Shown here one piece after another: positions 60,135 through 64,000 of a DNA stretch of 64,000 nucleotides. The translations under genes were made by a program, and so were the position numbers. The stretch lies in NCBI GenBank assembly GCA_040754455.1, contig JBFMCP010000010.1, positions 1 through 64,000 on the forward strand, read 5' to 3'. Under the pieces are notes generated by a model. It was not told the origin of the DNA. It ran no database searches and saw only the letters and a program-made list of their open reading frames with translations. The stretch comes from Nitrospirota bacterium (lineage in GTDB: Bacteria > Nitrospirota > Thermodesulfovibrionia > Thermodesulfovibrionales > Dissulfurispiraceae). Every line of letters starts with the position of its first letter. Position 1 is the stretch's first letter.

Positions 60135-61556
60135 CTAATCACGTTTTGGTAAGCCGTTGCTGTTGAGCTTTCTGCGGAGCGTGCGCAGGCTGATACCGAG
60201 CAGTTTGGCGGCCTGAGTGCGATTGCCGTTGGTATGCCGTAATGTCTCTTTGATAAGAAGGTCCTCGACGTGGCTGAGAGGGGTGCCAAGGTGAACAAGA
60301 ACCCCTTTGTCGTGCTGTTCATGGGCGCGCCGCAGAGCGACCTGGTCCTGCTCCAGATAGGGGAGGATGTGCATCGGGAAGACCCGTTTTGTATCAGGCG
60401 GAAGGAGTGTTGCGACGCGGGTCATGATATTTCTGAGCTCGCGCACGTTCCCTTTCCAGGGATACTGCTCGAGCAGATAAATGGTCTCCGAGGAGAGCGT
60501 GGGAAACGGAGGGACCCGGCCCATTTCAGTGAAGGCCCGCTCAAGGAAATGCAGTGCCAGCAGCGGAATGTCTTCGGGGCGTTCGCGAAGCGGCGGCAGG
60601 GTGATGCGGAGGACATTCAGCCGGTAGTAGAGGTCCTCGCGGAAGAGGCCGTCCCGCACCGCTTTTTCGAGATCTATTCTCGTTGCTGCGATGACGCGCA
60701 CGTTGACGGGGATAGGATGCTCGCTGCCGATGCGGTAGATCTTCTTGTCCTCGAGCACGCGCAGTAAACGTACCTGCAGATTCAGAGGCATATCGCCGAT
60801 CTCATCCAGAAAGAGTGTGCCGTTGTGGGCGGACTCGAATTTCCCTTTTCGTGTCCGGTGCGCCCCGGTAAACGCTCCCTTCTCGTGGCCGAAGAGCTCT
60901 CCTTCGATCAGGCTCTCCGGAATGGCGCCGCAATTAATAGGGACAAAGGGGCCGTCGGAGCGGGTACTCAGGACATGGATGGCACGTGCCACCAGCTCTT
61001 TGCCGGTGCCGGTCTCGCCCGATATAAGCACGTTCTGGCCGGAGGCTGCCATTTCGGGGAGCTTCGCAAGGGCGTGCCGCATGGCTGAAGAGCGGAAGAG
61101 GAAGTAGGGTTTCACCTTCGCAACCAGCGGCTCGACAACGGACAGCGAGGTGCTGAGAGATCGGGGCCTGCCGAAACTTGTTTCGATCATATGGGCGAGC
61201 CGCACTGCATCAAGGGGCTTTGCGAGGTAATCATCGACAACGAGCCGCACCGATTCGTCGGAGGCCTCTACCACATCGTAGTCCTGGTCGGTGAGTAGGT
61301 AAAAAAGGGTGTCGGGATGGAGCGCTTTGTACTGCCTTACAAGGGTGATGCACTGTTCATCAGCCAGGCTCAGGGCGGCAAGGACCGCATGCACGCGCTC
61401 TCCAGAAAGCACGCGAGCAGCAGCTTCAACCGAAGCAGCGGTACGCAGGCGCGCTCCGAAGGTTTCGAGCGCCTGCGCAACAGCGCTCGATGATGAGGGA
61501 TCATCATCCAGAACGAGCAGCGTCAGGCCGGTGAGGTCGGGATTCTTGCTCTCCAT
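60135..61556 (-). CDS. Sigma-54-dependent transcriptional activator with a degenerate receiver domain
   Basis: [45 protein letters not shown], Fis-type HTH. Confidence 0.9.
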   Translation of the reverse strand: MESKNPDLTGLTLLVLDDDPSSSSAVAQALETFGARLRTAASVEAAARVLSGERVHAVLAALSLADEQCITLVRQYKALHPDTLFYLLTDQDYDVVEASDESVRLVVDDYLAKPLDAVRLAHMIETSFGRPRSLSTSLSVVEPLVAKVKPYFLFRSSAMRHALAKLPEMAASGQNVLISGETGTGKELVARAIHVLSTRSDGPFVPINCGAIPESLIEGELFGHEKGAFTGAHRTRKGKFESAHNGTLFLDEIGDMPLNLQVRLLRVLEDKKIYRIGSEHPIPVNVRVIAATRIDLEKAVRDGLFREDLYYRLNVLRITLPPLRERPEDIPLLALHFLERAFTEMGRVPPFPTLSSETIYLLEQYPWKGNVRELRNIMTRVATLLPPDTKRVFPMHILPYLEQDQVALRRAHEQHDKGVLVHLGTPLSHVEDLLIKETLRHTNGNRTQAAKLLGISLRTLRRKLNSNGLPKRD

Positions 61557-61652
61557 ATCCGTTTCATTATAAAAAACTTTTCTTCTTACCGGCAAATCCG
61601 GAAATGTGCGTATGCATCCGGAGCGGGAATGAGGGCAAGCGATAATTACTGT

Positions 61653-62036
61653 TTACGTGCTGCAGGTCGTTGTTCCGCTGTCCAGAGCATTTTTGACAAC
61701 GGCTTTGAGCTGGGCGAGGTCGAAGGGCTTGGCGATAATGCCGCAGGCATACTTTTCAATGGACTGTCGCAGCGCAGCATCCAGCTCGCTTCCTGTCATA
61801 ATGAGGATTTTAGTTTGTGGGGAGAGGGTCCTGATCTGCTTCATAATCTCCAGGCCGTTTGCATCGGAGAGGTGAATGTCGAGCAGGCAGAGGTCGTACG
61901 GAAGACTGCTGACTGCGGAAAGGGCGCCCTCTCCGGTCGATACGGCTTTGACGGTTATGTGGTTGCTCTGCAGCGACCGTGCGAGAGCAAAGCGGATCAG
62001 CGACTCATCATCGACTATCAGAATATGCTTGCTCAT
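61653..62036 (-). CDS. Single-domain response regulator
   Basis: ILIVDDE, DLCLLDI, MTG, KPF. Confidence 0.85.
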   Translation of the reverse strand: MSKHILIVDDESLIRFALARSLQSNHITVKAVSTGEGALSAVSSLPYDLCLLDIHLSDANGLEIMKQIRTLSPQTKILIMTGSELDAALRQSIEKYACGIIAKPFDLAQLKAVVKNALDSGTTTCST

Positions 62037-62236
62037 AAACCTACGTTATTGTACCTGAAACAGGCAAAAATGGAGTAATGAGTATTCATCCCCTTCTTGT
62101 TGACCTTTTGATGTGCGAGCGATAGAATATCATTCGAGGTAAGGGGGACTTGTAAGTTGTGCGTTCATGACGAGCGGAGGGAAGAGAACTTGCCCCTGCT
62201 GCATGAGTACCATAGGATGGTGTCAAAAGAGAGGGA

Positions 62237-63151
62237 ATGACCATGGGAATTATTGATTGCATCGGTAACACGCCGCTGGTGCGCATAGAGCATATGAACC
62301 CCAATCCTCGCGTAACGCTCTTTGCGAAGCTCGAAGGCAACAACCCCGGGGGCTCGGTAAAAGACCGTATCGCGCTCTACATGATCGAGCAGGCTGAACG
62401 GAAAGGCGTGCTGACAAGGGACAAGATCATCCTCGAGGCGACCTCCGGCAATACCGGAATAGGGCTTGCCATGGTTGCCGCAGCAAAAAAATACCGGGTA
62501 AAGCTTACGATGCCTGCCTGTGTCAGTGTCGAAAGGAGAAAGGTGCTCGAGGCCTTCGGTGCGGAGCTCATCCTGAGTCCGTCCGACGAGGGCACTGACG
62601 GCGCTATACGCCTCGCGCACAGGATAATGGCGGAGGACCCTGACCTTTATTACATGCCAAACCAGTTCGATAACCCTGCAAACATTCTGGCACATTATGA
62701 AACGACCGGAAAGGAAATATGGTCTCAGACGGAAGGAAAGGTTACGCATTTTGTAGCGGGAATGGGGACCTCGGGGACTCTCATGGGAGTAGGGAGAAGA
62801 CTTAAGGAGTGCAATCCCGGGGTGACGATCGTCGGTGCGGAACCGGTCAAGGGACACAGGATACAGGGGTTGAAGAATATGACCGAATCGATCGTGCCGA
62901 AAATATTCGACCCCCTCACGCTCGATGAGCGCTACATTGTCAACGATGAAGAAGCGTTCGATGCAACGAGAATGCTGGCGGTCAAAGAGGGGATATTTGT
63001 CGGCATGTCGAGCGGCGCAGCGATGCATGTCGCGCAGATGCGGTCGAGCGAGCTCAAGGAAGGAACTATTGTGGTCTTGTTCCCCGACCGGGGAGACCGG
63101 TATCTCTCGACCGCACTTTTCACGTCGGTCTGCGGAAAGTGTCCTCCGTAA
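62237..63151 (+). CDS. cysM: Cysteine synthase (CysM/CysK family)
   Basis: IGNTPLV, NPGGSVKDR, EATSGNTG, GMGTSGT, FPDRGDRYLS. Confidence 0.88.
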   Translation: MTMGIIDCIGNTPLVRIEHMNPNPRVTLFAKLEGNNPGGSVKDRIALYMIEQAERKGVLTRDKIILEATSGNTGIGLAMVAAAKKYRVKLTMPACVSVERRKVLEAFGAELILSPSDEGTDGAIRLAHRIMAEDPDLYYMPNQFDNPANILAHYETTGKEIWSQTEGKVTHFVAGMGTSGTLMGVGRRLKECNPGVTIVGAEPVKGHRIQGLKNMTESIVPKIFDPLTLDERYIVNDEEAFDATRMLAVKEGIFVGMSSGAAMHVAQMRSSELKEGTIVVLFPDRGDRYLSTALFTSVCGKCPP

Positions 63152-63369
63152 ATGAGCCCGAAACTGTCTCCTAAATAGCGGATGTTGAGGTGATGACAAT
63201 GAAAAAAAGCAAAGAGCAAAATAAAAATCAAGGAACTTCTTATTTTTGAAATTTTCTCTTTTCTCTCTTTCCGGCCCCACCCTGGCCTTTACCTATTCTC
63301 TCTATGCCGGCACACATTGTTGTTGACACCTTCATTATTCTATGTTAAGGGTTAAATAGAGACAGCGAC

Positions 63370-63456
63370 AGTGCCGATAAGGCCAAACCCTTTGTGAGGA
63401 GGGGGCGGAAAACATCGAATTCCGAAGGTATCCGGGATAGCCGGGCTGCCGGAGGA
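63370..63456 (+). ncRNA. c-di-GMP-I (GEMM) riboswitch aptamer
   Basis: CGAUAAGGCCAAACCCUUU-GUGA-GGAGGGGGCGGAAA...GAUAGCCGGGCUGCCG: AAACC, GNRA-capped P2, AAA junction and 3' UGCCG; P3 5' strand somewhat atypical. Confidence 0.75.
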
Positions 63457-63483
63457 TTCATCTTTTGCAGGCTCGGCTTTTTA
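63439..63483 (+). terminator. Intrinsic terminator overlapping the riboswitch aptamer 3' strand
   Basis: agccgggctgc ... gcaggctcggct followed by ttttatt. Confidence 0.6.
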
Positions 63484-63741
63484 TTGGTGCATGATCGGGT
63501 GTTCTATCAGGGATCCAGGGGCAAGACATAGTCGTTTCACGAAAAATCCCGCCCTTAAAAGTCTCTCAGCTTTTCAGGGACCCTGATTCTTGGCCGGCAT
63601 CCATGTCGGCCCGGGGCAGTGCCTTCACGGCACATGAGTTTGCTCAGGCGCTATGTCTTGCCTCTTTAACGTAATCTGTTGAAATGACCCGATGTTTGCC
63701 AATAATTGCGGAATGACGTGGAGTGCCTGGCAGGCTGTCTT

Positions 63742-63773
63742 AAAAAGGGCAGGTGCGATCCCGCACCTGCCCT
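63742..63773 (-). terminator. Intrinsic terminator of the cold-shock gene
   Basis: Perfect stem agggcaggtgcg/cgcacctgccct with a U-tract on the minus strand. Confidence 0.85.
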
Positions 63774-63780
63774 CGTGTCG

Positions 63781-63981
63781 TTATGCCTTTACGACATTTG
63801 CAGCTTTCGGGCCTTTTGGGCCTTCGATGATTTCGAAGCTCACTGCCTGACCTTCGGAAAGGGACTTGAATCCGTTTTCCTGGATGGCGGAATAGTGGAC
63901 GAACACATCGCTGCCGTTTTCACTGGTGATGAAACCGTAGCCCTTGGATTCGTTGAACCATTTTACTGTTCCAGTGGTCAT
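63781..63981 (-). CDS. cspA: Cold-shock protein
   Basis: [41 protein letters not shown]. Confidence 0.95.
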   Translation of the reverse strand: MTTGTVKWFNESKGYGFITSENGSDVFVHYSAIQENGFKSLSEGQAVSFEIIEGPKGPKAANVVKA

Positions 63982-64000
63982 GTTGCTACACCTCCTTGCT

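Noticed and set aside
63370..63456. 3',3'-cGAMP-selective (GEMM-Ib) assignment
   Set aside because: The position equivalent to Vc2 nucleotide 20 (63382) is G, not A, which predicts c-di-GMP preference.

Overview
Bacterial chromosomal window of moderately high GC. Gene content and style suggest Nitrospirota (Thermodesulfovibrionia-like) or a deltaproteobacterium; this is an inference. From left to right: (1) a fluoride-riboswitch-led operon on the minus strand (cation/H+ antiporter, Usp, CrcB/Fluc, tandem-DUF190 protein, dynamin-like GTPase, MFS transporter); (2) a dead ISL3 element, ynfA, a modE-modABC molybdate/tungstate uptake operon with a ModE box, and decayed PBP/kinase fragments; (3) a core block (copA, REC-HD-GYP, rnj, GAF kinase, REC-TPR, uppP, ftsK, lolA, pdxA, OYE, rimI, tsaB, MFS, zur-znuACB with a Zur box, an Lpp/OprI-like lipoprotein facing an L,D-transpeptidase, tRNA-Val, tRNA-Asp) with several heptamer-periodic inverted repeats in its spacers; (4) after tRNA-Asp, a decaying accessory region (IS21 mini-element, IS256 remnant, PAS kinase, tamAB, two DUF3568-like lipoproteins, LLM oxidoreductase, GH15 pseudogene, aldonolactone oxidase, ASRT, broken NRAMP-like gene, truncated catalase, AI-2E, HD-GYP); (5) a plant-type threonine synthase plus cystathionine gamma-synthase pair, a GH15-DUF547 fusion behind a disulfide oxidoreductase, a sigma-54 activator, cysteine synthase, an apparently orphan c-di-GMP-I riboswitch followed by a structured non-coding segment, and a cold-shock gene. 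No CRISPR array, rRNA or intact integrase was seen. All family assignments come from motif recognition by eye, not database searches.
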